Shown here piece after piece: positions 19,175-30,300 of a stretch of 64,000 nt of DNA (positions within the stretch are counted from its first letter, which is position 1; each line of letters starts with the position of its first letter). The translations under genes and the position numbers were made by a program. This DNA is from Cenarchaeum sp. GTDB taxonomy: Archaea > Thermoproteota > Nitrososphaeria > Nitrososphaerales > Nitrosopumilaceae. The notes beneath the pieces were generated by a model. That model ran no database searches, had not been told where the DNA came from, and worked only from the letters and a program-made list of their open reading frames with translations. Location: the NCBI GenBank assembly GCA_965242695.1, contig CBDESU010000001.1, positions 864,001 through 928,000 on the forward strand, read 5' to 3'.

Positions 19175-20289
19175 TCGACGCCGCCGGCATTGCCCGACTC
19201 CTGCGCGCCGGATGTTGCGGCGGGAGTCTGCCATCCGCCACCGACGCCGGCCTCTTCGCCCCGCTCGTCTAGGTACCTGTTGACGTCGAGCGCGGCCATG
19301 CACCCGTAGCCGCCCGCCGTAATGGCCTGCCTGTACCTGCGGTCGTGCACGTCGCCGGCGGCGAACACGCCCCTGGCGCTAGTCTCCGTGCCGTTCCTGA
19401 CGACGACGTACCCGTCCCCGTCGGTCTCGACCTGGCCGGCGAACAGGGCCGTGTTCGGGTCGTGCCCGATTGCGACGAACACGCCGGATGCCCGTATCGT
19501 CTCGTCCTGCCCCGTCCTCGAGTTGCGCACCACTACCTCAGAGACCTTGTCGTCGCCGCGAATGTCGGCGACCTGGCACGACAGGTGCATCGTAATGCGC
19601 GGGTTGGCCATGGCGCGCTCCTGCATTATCTTGCTGGCGCGCAGCTCCTCGCGCCGGTGCACCACGTGCACGTTCGGCGAGAACTTTGTCAGGAACGTGG
19701 CCTCTTCCATGGCCGAGTCGCCGCCGCCGACGACGACGATATCCTTGTCGCGAAAGAACGGCCCGTCGCAGGTGGCGCAGTACGAGACGCCTCGGCCGGC
19801 AAGGGCGCTCTCGCCGTCGAGTCCTAGCTTGCGCGGGCTGGCCCCCGTGCATATGATCACGGCGTCCGCCTCGTACTCTTCGCCGGACGTGAGGACCTTT
19901 AGCGGCTCGCGCCTAAAGTCGACGTCGATGGCCTCCTCGTCGAGCATGGTCGTGCCCATCGCCTTGGCCTGCTCCCTCATGTCGGCCATCAGGTCGGGGC
20001 CCATCACGCCTGCCTTGAAGCCCGGATAGTTCTCGACCTCGGTCGTGTTGACGAGCTGGCCGCCGGGCAGGGGGCCAGAGAGCAGCAGCGTGTCGTGCCG
20101 CGCCCGAGAGCAGTAGATGCCGGCCGTGTATCCGGCCGGGCCGGCCCCGATTATAATGACCTCGTACCGGGTCTTCTTGCGCTCAATGTCCGGCGGCGGA
20201 GGGGGCGGAGGGGGAGGGGCGCTGCGCCCCTCGGCGCCGCCGTCCCTGCGGAGGAGCACGGTGGAGCCGGACTCTGATCCCGCCATCAT
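19171..20289 (-). CDS. trxB: Thioredoxin reductase
   Basis: IIGAGPAG, ENYPGF, SYCATCDG, VVGGGDSAMEEA, FAAGDV...RQAITA. Confidence 0.97.
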   Translation of the reverse strand: MMAGSESGSTVLLRRDGGAEGRSAPPPPPPPPPDIERKKTRYEVIIIGAGPAGYTAGIYCSRARHDTLLLSGPLPGGQLVNTTEVENYPGFKAGVMGPDLMADMREQAKAMGTTMLDEEAIDVDFRREPLKVLTSGEEYEADAVIICTGASPRKLGLDGESALAGRGVSYCATCDGPFFRDKDIVVVGGGDSAMEEATFLTKFSPNVHVVHRREELRASKIMQERAMANPRITMHLSCQVADIRGDDKVSEVVVRNSRTGQDETIRASGVFVAIGHDPNTALFAGQVETDGDGYVVVRNGTETSARGVFAAGDVHDRRYRQAITAGGYGCMAALDVNRYLDERGEEAGVGGGWQTPAATSGAQESGNAGGVD

Positions 20290-20543
20290 GACGGCCCGCG
20301 CGGCCGGCAGTTACAATTTAAGTCATGGGCGGAGGCCCCTCCCGGACGGTGGGCGGCTTTCGCGCAGGGGCGCATGCGAGGTACAATGGCCCATGTCCCG
20401 GCCGCCGACTCCGCGCGGCGGCTGGATTGGCACGGGAGTGGGGGATGCGGGCGGGCTCGATTCGATGCGCGGCCGCCGACCGGCGGGGCTGCCATGCGGA
20501 TTGCCACGCGCCGGACATCTGCAGGCTGAACGCCCACCTGAGG

Positions 20544-21629
20544 ATGTCCAAACGCCTGTTAGCCACCATTCATATACCATTGGTAGGGCGGGGGTTCGTG
20601 GAATCTGTAACAAGGCAGGTCACTAGACAGGGCAGTCCTGCGGAGGGGAGGGGAAGAACTGCCACGCCCCACGAGTCCTTGACAGGTTCTAGCGGCGTAG
20701 AAGAGTCCCTGCCACCCCTCCCGCAACTTGGCGACAAGTTTACGGAGGAGCAGATGCGCGAGAGGTTTGATGTAGCCACAACAGGCGGCATCCGGGCAAG
20801 CTTGACATCGTCTGACATCGTGCTTGTCCGCAATGTGCACAGTGACTACGACGACGTTGAAGACGGCAAACGCATCACGTACATCGGCCAGTACTACAGT
20901 GGAAAGCATGATCAGATGATCCTAGGAAATCTGAAGCTGGCAAAGTCGCGGGAAAACGGCCGCCGCGTCCTATACTTTGTCAAGCAGGACGGAGTGCTTG
21001 AATTCAGCGGCCTTGTCGAGTGTGTCGCATCCCGCCACAAGGACGATCCCCTGCGCCCAGGTGCGCTTGCCTTTGAGCTGGAAATGATCGATGTCGCTGC
21101 CGGTGCGGCCGCCGAACGCCGGAATGGTCACGCCGACCAGCCGAGATTCTCCGTGTCGACAGTGCCCGATCTTGACATGATCATGGAAGTAGAGCGCAAA
21201 ATTTTTGATCGGCGCTCCTTTTCCAGCCGATCCGAATTGGCCGCGGCCCTGCCCGCAGGCATCGCCTCGGCACTGCTTGACAGGGTACTAAACTATTTGG
21301 AGTATTCTGAAAAGATCACCACCGACAATGGATCCATACGCTGGTCGTTCAGCGGCGCCGCTCCACCCGAAGATTCAAGTACCGGTTGCAAGGACGGCGG
21401 CGCATTGGCAGCTACCGCCGTGACAGAGGAGCCTGTCCACATTCTCACCCTAGAAGAGCGCCTCTCGCCTGATCTCGACAACGATCTGCCGTACAGCGAA
21501 GAGATCGAGAGGGCGATTGCCGACTGCGAGGCCGGCCGTAACATGGGAAAGACCTACGCACCAGGTGAATACCGTGAACATCTTAGGAAGGAGTATGGCA
21601 TTGGCACCGTGGAACATCAGGCCGAGTAA
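20544..21629 (+). CDS. SRA/YDG-like domain + winged helix + antitoxin-like acidic tail
   Basis: GGIRAS..DIVLV...DYDD....ITYIGQ...DQMILGNLKL....GRRVLYF...FSG; then PDLDMIMEVE...LDRVLNYLEYSEKI...IRW; tail EEIERAIADCEAGR..GKTY. Start uncertain. Confidence 0.6.
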   Translation: MSKRLLATIHIPLVGRGFVESVTRQVTRQGSPAEGRGRTATPHESLTGSSGVEESLPPLPQLGDKFTEEQMRERFDVATTGGIRASLTSSDIVLVRNVHSDYDDVEDGKRITYIGQYYSGKHDQMILGNLKLAKSRENGRRVLYFVKQDGVLEFSGLVECVASRHKDDPLRPGALAFELEMIDVAAGAAAERRNGHADQPRFSVSTVPDLDMIMEVERKIFDRRSFSSRSELAAALPAGIASALLDRVLNYLEYSEKITTDNGSIRWSFSGAAPPEDSSTGCKDGGALAATAVTEEPVHILTLEERLSPDLDNDLPYSEEIERAIADCEAGRNMGKTYAPGEYREHLRKEYGIGTVEHQAE

Positions 21630-21882
21630 ACGAGTCGAAGACGCACTTCGATATTACAAGGCCGACAAGGCGGTTTGTAACGGTTATGGCCACATTGTTG
21701 AGGACTTGATACGCTCGACTAACCCCGCATCCGTGGGCGTTCCAAAAAAAGGCCGACATGGCGGTTCTGTTGGCACACATGTGACAAAATCCGTCGTTCT
21801 TATTTTTAGAACCGACTACCTAGCACACCGTGTCGATCTGACGTGGATGGGAGATCACAAGAAGGTGAATGGACGCGACTGA
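21595..21882 (+). CDS. RelE/ParE-superfamily toxin-like protein
   Basis: 95 aa, basic; WNIRPSKR, NPASVG.PKKG, LIFR, C-terminal GDHKKVNGRD; overlaps the upstream gene by 35 nt. Confidence 0.7.
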   Translation: MALAPWNIRPSKRVEDALRYYKADKAVCNGYGHIVEDLIRSTNPASVGVPKKGRHGGSVGTHVTKSVVLIFRTDYLAHRVDLTWMGDHKKVNGRD

Positions 21883-22204
21883 GGCAGTCGACCGGCATCC
21901 GCCCACGGGCGCGCCTTGAAAGACAGTCGGTGCTTTGACCCGATGCCAGCGCATGCGGCGCATTTGGCCCGCGCCGGCGGGGTCTTGGCCCGCGCGCCGA
22001 TGCTTGAAGCGGGCAGATTTCCGCACTGCATCGGGCAGGACGGCACCGCCTCACAGACGGGACACGATGCGGCGAACCGGGTGTTATGGCCTCGACCCCG
22101 CGGTGCGCCTCTGCCGGATCGACCGTACTCTCTTCCGAGTCGGCACCGGCGCCGGGTGCGCCGCGCGACCAGTCGGCCGCGCCCGCGCCCGCCGCGGGCA
22201 TCGA

Positions 22205-23035
22205 TCACCGCCGGCCCAAGTGCCCGCCGCCCTCCTCCTCAGCCCGGATCCTGTCATCCTCCGCCGCATGCGCCGCAAGCGCCGCCCGGTGCGCGCCGCA
22301 CAGCCGGCCCGAGCGCACCTGCGAGTGCAGCAGGTCGGACTGCCAGTGGGCGTTGTACAGGCGGCAGTCGCGATCCTTGCAGAACGCCTCGCCGGTAACA
22401 AAGTGCATCGCGGCCTGCAGTGCATACCCGTACGCCGCCTCGGCGAGCCGCGCATCGCCGCCCACGAGGAACTCGCCGGCGTACCGCCTGTCGATCTCTT
22501 CCAGATCCGCGCCGCCCACCGCCCGCGAGGCCATCACATCGATGCAGTACCGGCGGGGCCTTGCCGGCGCCTCCACAATCCCCGTCGTCGAGACCAGCGC
22601 GGGGTTTGCCGCGACAAGAGCCCTGCCGTGGTATCTCATCCCGTCGGGGTCGTACGTGCACGGCAGGCGGTCCGTCAGCACCACGTGAAACGCGTACGGG
22701 TCGGACGCATCCCGCCCCGGGATCATGGATGCCGCAGCGCGCTGCAGCTCGAACCCGTCGTAGCATGTGATGTCCCCGTTCCGGCCTCCGCGCATCTCGC
22801 GCTCGACGGCCTCTTCGTCCGGCTCGCGCCGCTCGAACGGGCGGTAGATGCTGCGCACCGCACACGCCGCCAGGGCGCGCGCCTGCCGGCGCGTGGGGCT
22901 CGGGAACAGGCCCGCGGGCCGCCCCTCGTGCCGCACGCGGGGCCCGAGGGCGGCGGCCAGCCGCCGCGCCAGCGCATGCGAATCGATCGCCGCCTCGGAC
23001 GGCTCGCCGTGTACTACGACGCGCTCGATCCTCAA
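22205..23035 (-). CDS. Archaeal putative zinc-metallopeptidase-like protein (DUF6775-like)
   Basis: YDGFEL, TDRLPCTYD..D.RYHGR, STTGIVEAPARP, FCKDRDCRLYNAHWQ...LC..H; coupled to thi4. Confidence 0.65.
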   Translation of the reverse strand: MRIERVVVHGEPSEAAIDSHALARRLAAALGPRVRHEGRPAGLFPSPTRRQARALAACAVRSIYRPFERREPDEEAVEREMRGGRNGDITCYDGFELQRAAASMIPGRDASDPYAFHVVLTDRLPCTYDPDGMRYHGRALVAANPALVSTTGIVEAPARPRRYCIDVMASRAVGGADLEEIDRRYAGEFLVGGDARLAEAAYGYALQAAMHFVTGEAFCKDRDCRLYNAHWQSDLLHSQVRSGRLCGAHRAALAAHAAEDDRIRAEEEGGGHLGRR

Positions 23036-23060
23036 CGCGCAGCGCCCGCTTGAAGCGGGC

Positions 23061-23894
23061 CTAGCCCCGCTCGGCCGGGCCGTACTCCTTTACCTTTGCG
23101 GCGGCGACCTCGGCGGCCTTTTTCCCAGAGAACAGCATCGAGCCGAACGTGGGGCCCATCCGCGCCAGCCCGTGCGTCTCCGTAACCGACATGCCGGCCG
23201 CGACGAGGCCGGGGTACACCTCTCCGGTGCTGCGCACGACCTGGTCCTCGCCCTCGTCGACGTGCATCGGGTCCATGCCCTTCCACTCGACTAGCCCCCT
23301 GTCGACGAGCCGCTTTACGGCGACCGAGTCGTGGCCGGACGCGTCGATCACGACCCTCGACTCTAGCGCGACGGGGTCGACGCATGTAATGTTGCGCGGC
23401 AGCGCGGACACGGGCATCCAGTTGACGACGACCCCGGCGACGCGGCCGCCCTTTAGCACCAGGTCGTCGAACTTTGTCAGGTTCAGGAACTTTACGCCCG
23501 CATCGCAGGCCGACGCGATGAGCTTTGAGACGGCGTGGGGGCCGGGCGTAAGGTACAGCCCGTCGGCGGCCTTCTTGTACGGCACGCCGAGCTCGTCCCA
23601 GACGCGGTTGGCCGGCTCCCGCACGGTGACGGGGTTCATCATGTAGCCGCCGAGCCAGTACCCCCCGCCGAGGTAGTTGTTCTGCTCTATGACAAGGACG
23701 CGGAACCCCATGAGGCCGAGCTCGCGCGAGGCCGTCAGGCCGGCGGGGCCTGCCCCGATGACGAGCACGTCGGACTCTGCCATGTCGAGCAGGACGCGGT
23801 TGAACTCTGTCGCAATGGCCCTCGTAATCGACGCCTCGCCGACGGGCGCGAATATCTTTGACGGGCCGGCCTCGGCGTCGCTTGCCCTCTGCAC
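23061..23894 (-). CDS. thi4: Thiazole synthase Thi4
   Basis: VIGAGPAGL, GGG.W.GG, CVDP, DASGHD, GLARMGPTFGSMLFSGKKAA. Confidence 0.95.
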   Translation of the reverse strand: MQRASDAEAGPSKIFAPVGEASITRAIATEFNRVLLDMAESDVLVIGAGPAGLTASRELGLMGFRVLVIEQNNYLGGGYWLGGYMMNPVTVREPANRVWDELGVPYKKAADGLYLTPGPHAVSKLIASACDAGVKFLNLTKFDDLVLKGGRVAGVVVNWMPVSALPRNITCVDPVALESRVVIDASGHDSVAVKRLVDRGLVEWKGMDPMHVDEGEDQVVRSTGEVYPGLVAAGMSVTETHGLARMGPTFGSMLFSGKKAAEVAAAKVKEYGPAERG

Positions 23895-24269
23895 GGCCGG
23901 CGGCGGGGCGGGCCCGATTAATACCCTTGGCGGGCGGCCCGAATCCGGCCGCCTCGCCGATCTGCGCCGGCTGCCGGCATGCGCGGGGGCTTAGTGGAAG
24001 GGGAGGGGGGGAGGGGGAATGCCGGCCATGGCCCTTGGCTCAGCGCGTGCGCTGCACGGCTGGATGGGGGAGGGGGTGACGGCGGCGCGCGGCGGAGTGT
24101 GCAGTGCAATGGGGGGGGGGAGGGCCGCCTTGACGCGGCATCGGGAACTGGAAGGGAGAGGGGCAGGGGGCGGCCGGGAGCCGCCGGCAGCCTCCTGGGA
24201 TGCGCCGACCTTTTTTTTTGCACGCCGCTACATGGGCCGGCCCGGGGCAGGCGCCGCCCCTGATGGTTC

Positions 24270-24275
24270 TTATAA
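24270..24275 (+). promoter_or_regulatory. TATA box of giant surface protein A
   Basis: TTATAA about 30 nt before ATG 24304; homologous TTATAG at 39740. Confidence 0.55.
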
Positions 24276-24303
24276 CCGGGCAAGTGGGGCGGCCTTTACG
24301 GAC

Positions 24304-27300
24304 ATGACGACCTTGCCAGGGCGCTCAAGTTCACCGCGCACGGGGCGATCGGCTCCATCGGCGCAGCGCCGCGGGCGCGTGTGGGGGACTGCCGCCGGTA
24401 CCTCCCGGCCGCGCCTGGCCCTGATCGGGGCGGCAGCGGCCTGCCTGGCCGCCTCCGCAGCCGTGGCGGCGACGGCTGCCGTCGACGGCGGCGAACAGGG
24501 CGCCGCCCCGCAGTACGGCCAGCTGCTGCCGGAGGCGCACGCGCACGCCATCTCCGGACTGGCCGTCGATGCGTACGCCGTAGGGCCGCGGCAGGTCAAC
24601 GTCGTCTTTGCGCCAAGCCTGCCCAACGTGGACCGCCTGCTCGGCACCCCCTCCATAAGCGACCACCGCGCGAGGACGCAGACCGCCTACCACGCAGGGG
24701 GCACGACGCACACGATTACGCTGAGCGGCCCGGACATGCCGACGGACGCGACCGGCTCGGTGCAGATGCACTCGGGCGGCATCCACTTTGGCGTTCGGCA
24801 CAACCACCGCCTTCCAAATTCGTTCACCATTGCAATACACGACCGCCAGGCTCCCCACCTCGACACCAGGGTGACCCCTACGCTCGACCTGAGCGCGGGC
24901 ACATTCACGTTCAGGGCGACCGAGCCGCTCGTGGCCGGCCCCGGCGGGACCACAGCGGCGCACGTGGGGCTGGCCGGCCTCGGGTCGCTGACATCCGCCG
25001 ACGCGGTGTCCTTCAGGGGCGCCGACGTCACGATCGACCTGTCGACTGCGACGCACGAGCGACTCGACAGGGACGTCCGCGCCTGGCCCTCGTCGAAGAC
25101 GTCGACGACCATGAAGTTCACGACGGTCGGCCTGCGCGACATCACCACATGGCACGACCGCGTGCACCACGGCCACCGCGGCTACGACCTCGACTCGGGC
25201 AGGTGGTGGCTGCCCATGGCGGTCGTCCGCGACACGGTTCCGCCCGTGCTCACACGCAACCCGCAGCTCGACTTCAACACGGGCGTGCTGACCATTACGC
25301 TCAGCGAGCCGGTCACCTACTTTTACATGCCATACCTGTTCCTCGAGGACAGGAACGGCGGCAGCCGCCAGCACGTCGCCGGCGCGTCGTACCCGAGCGG
25401 CCTGGACTCGACCGTCGTGCCGATCACCCTGTCGGCAGCGCAGCTCGAGAGGCTCTCGACCATGTACGCCGCATCGGGGGGCCTGCGCCTCGACATGCAC
25501 CGCGGCACGGTGAGGGATGCGGCCAACAACCCACTCGAGGGCGTCTTCGACAGGGCGATCGATGTCACGGCCGACAACGTAAGGCCGGCGCTCGACGGGG
25601 GCAGGTCCCCGAGCGTCGACCTGTCGAGGCAGCGGATAACCGTGCACTTTGCAGAGACCATGGACGTCTCGAGGACGGATGCCTCGAAGATATACGTGTC
25701 AAACTCGACCGCCGGCTCTGAGGTTCCGCTCTCGGACGGGACCGTGTCTGGCCGCGACGGGAGGGCCGTCACGGTGTCGTTCCCGCCGGCGACAAAGGCC
25801 ATGATTGCAGAACGTGGCACCGCGCTGCGCGTCGGCGCCGATCCGGACGCGTTCCGCGACATCCAGGGCAACGGTAACGGACGCATCGATCCCGTGTCGG
25901 CAACCTACACGCGCGACACGTCGCGGCCGGGGATTGCATGGCACAGCCCCGCCCTGGACCTCGGCACTGGGCTGCTGACCATACGGGCGACCGACGTTAT
26001 CGACACGGATCGCATATCCCCCCGGGGATTCTCCCTGCACCTTACCGACTCTGCCGATGCGCACCGCAGTACGGACCTGCCGCTGGCGGGGGCCGGCGTG
26101 GCGAGTACGGGACCCTACGCGGAGACGATGGAGCTGAGGCTCACCGAGTCCCAGAGGGCCGCCGCCGTCTCCGCCTCGGCCGACGGCATCCCGAGCGCAA
26201 AGGTCGGGATCAGGGGCTGGGCGTACCAGGACTATCCCGAGCACAACCATGGGTGGTACGTGTTCGGCGCGGGATCCGCCCCCGTGGCAGTCACTGCCGA
26301 CCGCGTGCCGCCGCAGCTTGCGTCGGATCCCGTCCTGAACCTGGACGACGGCACCGTGCGGCTAGAGTTTGACGAGTACATTGACGCATCCGGGATCAGC
26401 CGGTCGGGAGTGGACGTGTCCGTATTCGCCAACGGCAGCGTGTCGCTGTCCGCGGGCGGCCGCCTGCTCCCGGCGGCAGAGCAGGCCGGCGGCACGCTAG
26501 TCGTCCTGGACATGACGGATGCCCTCGAGGACGCCGTGTACAACGCGCACGGGAACGGATCGACCTTTACCTTGGGGGTGCCCGGCTCTGCGTTCTACGA
26601 CATGTCGGGCAACGCGCTTGCCGCGGTGACAAACAGGACTGCGAGCGCGACGGCCGGCCAGGCCGATCTGGAGCTGGCATCGAGCGTCCTTGATCTCGGC
26701 TCCGGCGAGCTCTCTCTAGAGTTCAACCGCGACATCTCTGCGCCGGCGCCGGCCTCGCTGTCTGGCATTGTGGTGGCCGGCGCATCGGACGGCGCGGGGC
26801 GGACGGACATGTTGGGCCTGCCCGTCAACCACACCGGAAGCGGCGTGTCGATCTCGCTGACGGCGGCCAAAAAGGCCGATCTGGTTGCCGCCAACATGTC
26901 CGGCAGCTTGGTACTGTCGATCGGGCCCGGCGTGTTTGTCGACGAGCACCACCACGCCCTTGACAGTATGACCAACGCGACCCTTGCGGTAGTTGGGGAC
27001 GACGATCTGCCTGCAATTGTTGGGAGTCCAAAGCTGGACCCGTTCGCAGGCCGCCTGTCGATCGCGTTCGACGAGTACATAGACATGGACGGGGTAGATC
27101 CGGGCCAGATTGCGCTGTACGGCGGCGGCGGCGGCGGGACGATCGTGCGGCTGACGGGCAACACGGTGCTGTCGCAGGCCGACGGCGACGAGCTCGTCGT
27201 GGCCCTAGAGCCACTGCAGGTGCTCCAGGTGCACCACGCGCGGCGCGCCAGTTCCGAGGGCCAGCTGCTCGCCGACGTCAACTCGTCGGCCGTGCACGAC

Positions 27301-30300
27301 CTGTCGGGCAACGCGCTTGAAGGGATAACCGGCGAGCCCGTATCGATCGGTCGGTTCGAGGTTGGCGGGAGCGGAGGTGGAGGCGGATCCGGCGCGAGTC
27401 CAAACCAGCAGGGCGGCACCGGCCCGCCCTTTTCGGCCTCGTCGCCGCGCCTTGGGGCAGAGCCCGCCGGCGGCGCCTCGACCTCGTTCGAAAAGATTCC
27501 AGGCGGGATTGGCGGGCTCGGGCCCGTGGGCGGGGACGGGAACGGCGGCCCGGCGCCGCTCTATGCCTTTGGCTTCCCGCCGGTCCTGGCAGCCCAGTCG
27601 CCCGTCCGGCTCGACCTGAACACGGGGGTGCTGGAGGTGGAGTTTGCCCTCTACACCTTTATCGACATGCAGGACGTAGACCTTTCGGGCATCGAGATAC
27701 ACGGCGACGGCGTCCGAGTGTCCCTTGGGGGGGCATCCCTCGACCTGACCGGCGCCGACATGGTCGGCAATGGATTGTATGCCACGACAGTGGTCGTCAA
27801 CCTCACCGCTGCCCAAAAGGCCGCCGCCGTCGATGCAGGCAGCGGCGCGCTCATCGACATTCCGTACGGCGCGTTCACCGACGGAGATCCGTTCGCCGGC
27901 GTCGTGGGCGAGCGGATCGCCATAACGAGCGACACGACTCCGCCGGCCCTGCTCGCCAATACCACCTCGCTCGACCTGGGAACCGGCAGGCTCGTACTCG
28001 CGTTTGACGAGCACATTGCGGCGCCGTCGGCCGTCAGCCCGGCCGACTTTGACATCCTGCCCGGCGGCGATTCTGCATCGCGCGTAAACCTCGACGACTC
28101 CAGGTCGATCACCGCGTACAACGGCACCGTTGAAATCGTCCTGTCCGCCTACCAAAAGGCACTGGTCGTCGGCGCGCGCGGCGGCCCGTCCTCGGCGGCC
28201 GCGGGCAACGCATCGGTCAGTACCACGGTTGCCGGCGCCGTGCGCGACGCGTCGGGCAACGCCCTGCCGGCCGTGGATGGCCTTTCCGTCAACACCCTTG
28301 CAGACGGCGCGGCGCCCGTGCTTGCCGCGGCGCCCGTCCTAAACCTAGGCACCGGCACGCTCACGCTAGACTTTGACGAATATGTCGGCACCGACGCCGC
28401 GGCCGGGATAGTGCCGGCGCAGGTCAGCGTGACGGCGCCGGGCGCCTCGCCATCCTCCTGGCAGCCGCAGTCGCTTGCGACGGCCGAGAACGGCACGCGC
28501 CTCCAGTTCGCGTTCGGCGATGCGCAGACGGCCGCCCTTCGGCAGGCCAACGCGTCCACAACGGCTCCTCTCGCCCTGGGCGTGGCGGCCGGGGCCGGAA
28601 TTGCCGACCTGTCGGGCAACGCGTTTGAGGCAGCCGCGGCCAACCTGACAACCGTGGACGATGCAACGCCGCCTGCACTCGAGGCCGACACACTCCCCGT
28701 CCTGGATATCGGGCGCGGCACGATAACGATGCGGTTTACCGAGCACATAGAGGCCGGCGGCATCGACATATCGGGTATGGCCATCGAGGATGCGAGCGGC
28801 GCCGCGCGAGTGCACCTGACCGGCGCCGCCGTAAAGCCGCCCGTCGACCCATCATCGCCGTACATTACAGAGGAAGATGCATCCCTTGTCATCACCCTTA
28901 CGGCGGCACAAAAGGGCGCCGTGGCGGCGGCCCAGCTGGCGGCAGGCCCCGTGCGGATCGACGCGCCCCCGTCTGCCATAACCGACGCGGCAGGATTCTG
29001 GTTTGCCGGAATGTCAAACCACCCGCTCGACATCGTGCCAGACACAGTGCCGCCTGCCGTCGCCGACCCGTCGGCCGTCGCCGACCCGTCGGCATCCTTC
29101 CCGCGCCTCGACATGGCCCGCGGCATCCTCTCCGTCCAGTTCGACGAGATCATAGACGCCGGCACGGCCGACCCGTCCGCATTCACGCTGCACTCGCTGC
29201 CAGTCGGCGCCGATGCCGCCGGCCTGGCGCCGACCGCGGTCCTGCTCGGCGCCGCGACCGTCCTGCCGGCCCGAGACGGCGCCGATGCCACCGTGCTGGA
29301 ACTCAAGCTGACGGCGGCCCAGCTTGCCGCCGTGTCGGGACTGGCCGGTTCCGCAGGTGCCCCCTCCGTCAACCTGACTATTGCCGCCAAAGCCGTCCGC
29401 GACGTGTCGGGCAACGCGTTCGAGGCGGCAGACGTGGGACCCATCTCTGCGACCGAAGACGGCTCTTCGCCGTTGCTCGCCGCCGAGCCGGTGCTCGACC
29501 TCAATGCCGGCACCGTCCTAGTACAGTTCAGCGAGTACGTCAACGCAAGCGGCATCGACCTGTCCCGGGTGTCGCTGGTCGGAGTCGAGGCCGAGGCGGC
29601 GCTAGTGCAGCTCGGAAGCGGCGGCGCCGGCGGCTCGGCGCAGTCGTCGGCCCACGGCCAGATCATCGAGAGCGGCGACGGGTCGGTACGCGCATCTGCG
29701 TCCGTCCTGATCAACCTGACCGGCGAGCAAAAGGCGCTCGCCGCGCACGCATCCGCCTCTAGGATCAACATAGGGGAGGGCGCAGTCGACGACCTGTCTG
29801 CCAACGCCTTCGAGGGCATCGACAGGGGCCTGCTGGCAGTCATACCCGACGAGACGGCGCCCGCCCTGGCCGGGAGCGGCACCTACCTAGACATGGGCGA
29901 CGGCGTGCTGCACATAATATTCGACGAGCATGTAGACCCAGCCACGGTGGATCCGTCGCGCATCGTACTGTCCATATCCAGCGCATCGGCCAACGGCTCG
30001 GCTCCCTCCATTGTGAGCCTGGCCGGCGCAGCGCCCCTGCGCTCGACCCTGTACACGGATGATGCATCGATACAGCTTACGGCGGCGCAGCGGGCCGCAG
30101 TCCAGGATGCGATCAATGCGGCCGGCTCGGCCGCCATCGAGATCACAGTCCTGCCAGGCGGCGCCGCATCCGACCTGTCCGGCAACGGCGCCGCGCGCAG
30201 CGCTGCCCCCGTGCAGCTGCGCGCCGACGGGTCGGCGCCCGTCCGTCAGGGCGCCGCCGTCCTGAATCTGGCAAATGGAACTCTGACGTTAAGCTTTGAC

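Noticed and set aside
24019-24303. N-terminal extension of giant protein A through the G10/T9 tracts (possible coding phase switch)
   Set aside because: The TATA at 24270 and homology with the copy B upstream region place the start at about 24304, so the tracts are probably non-coding.
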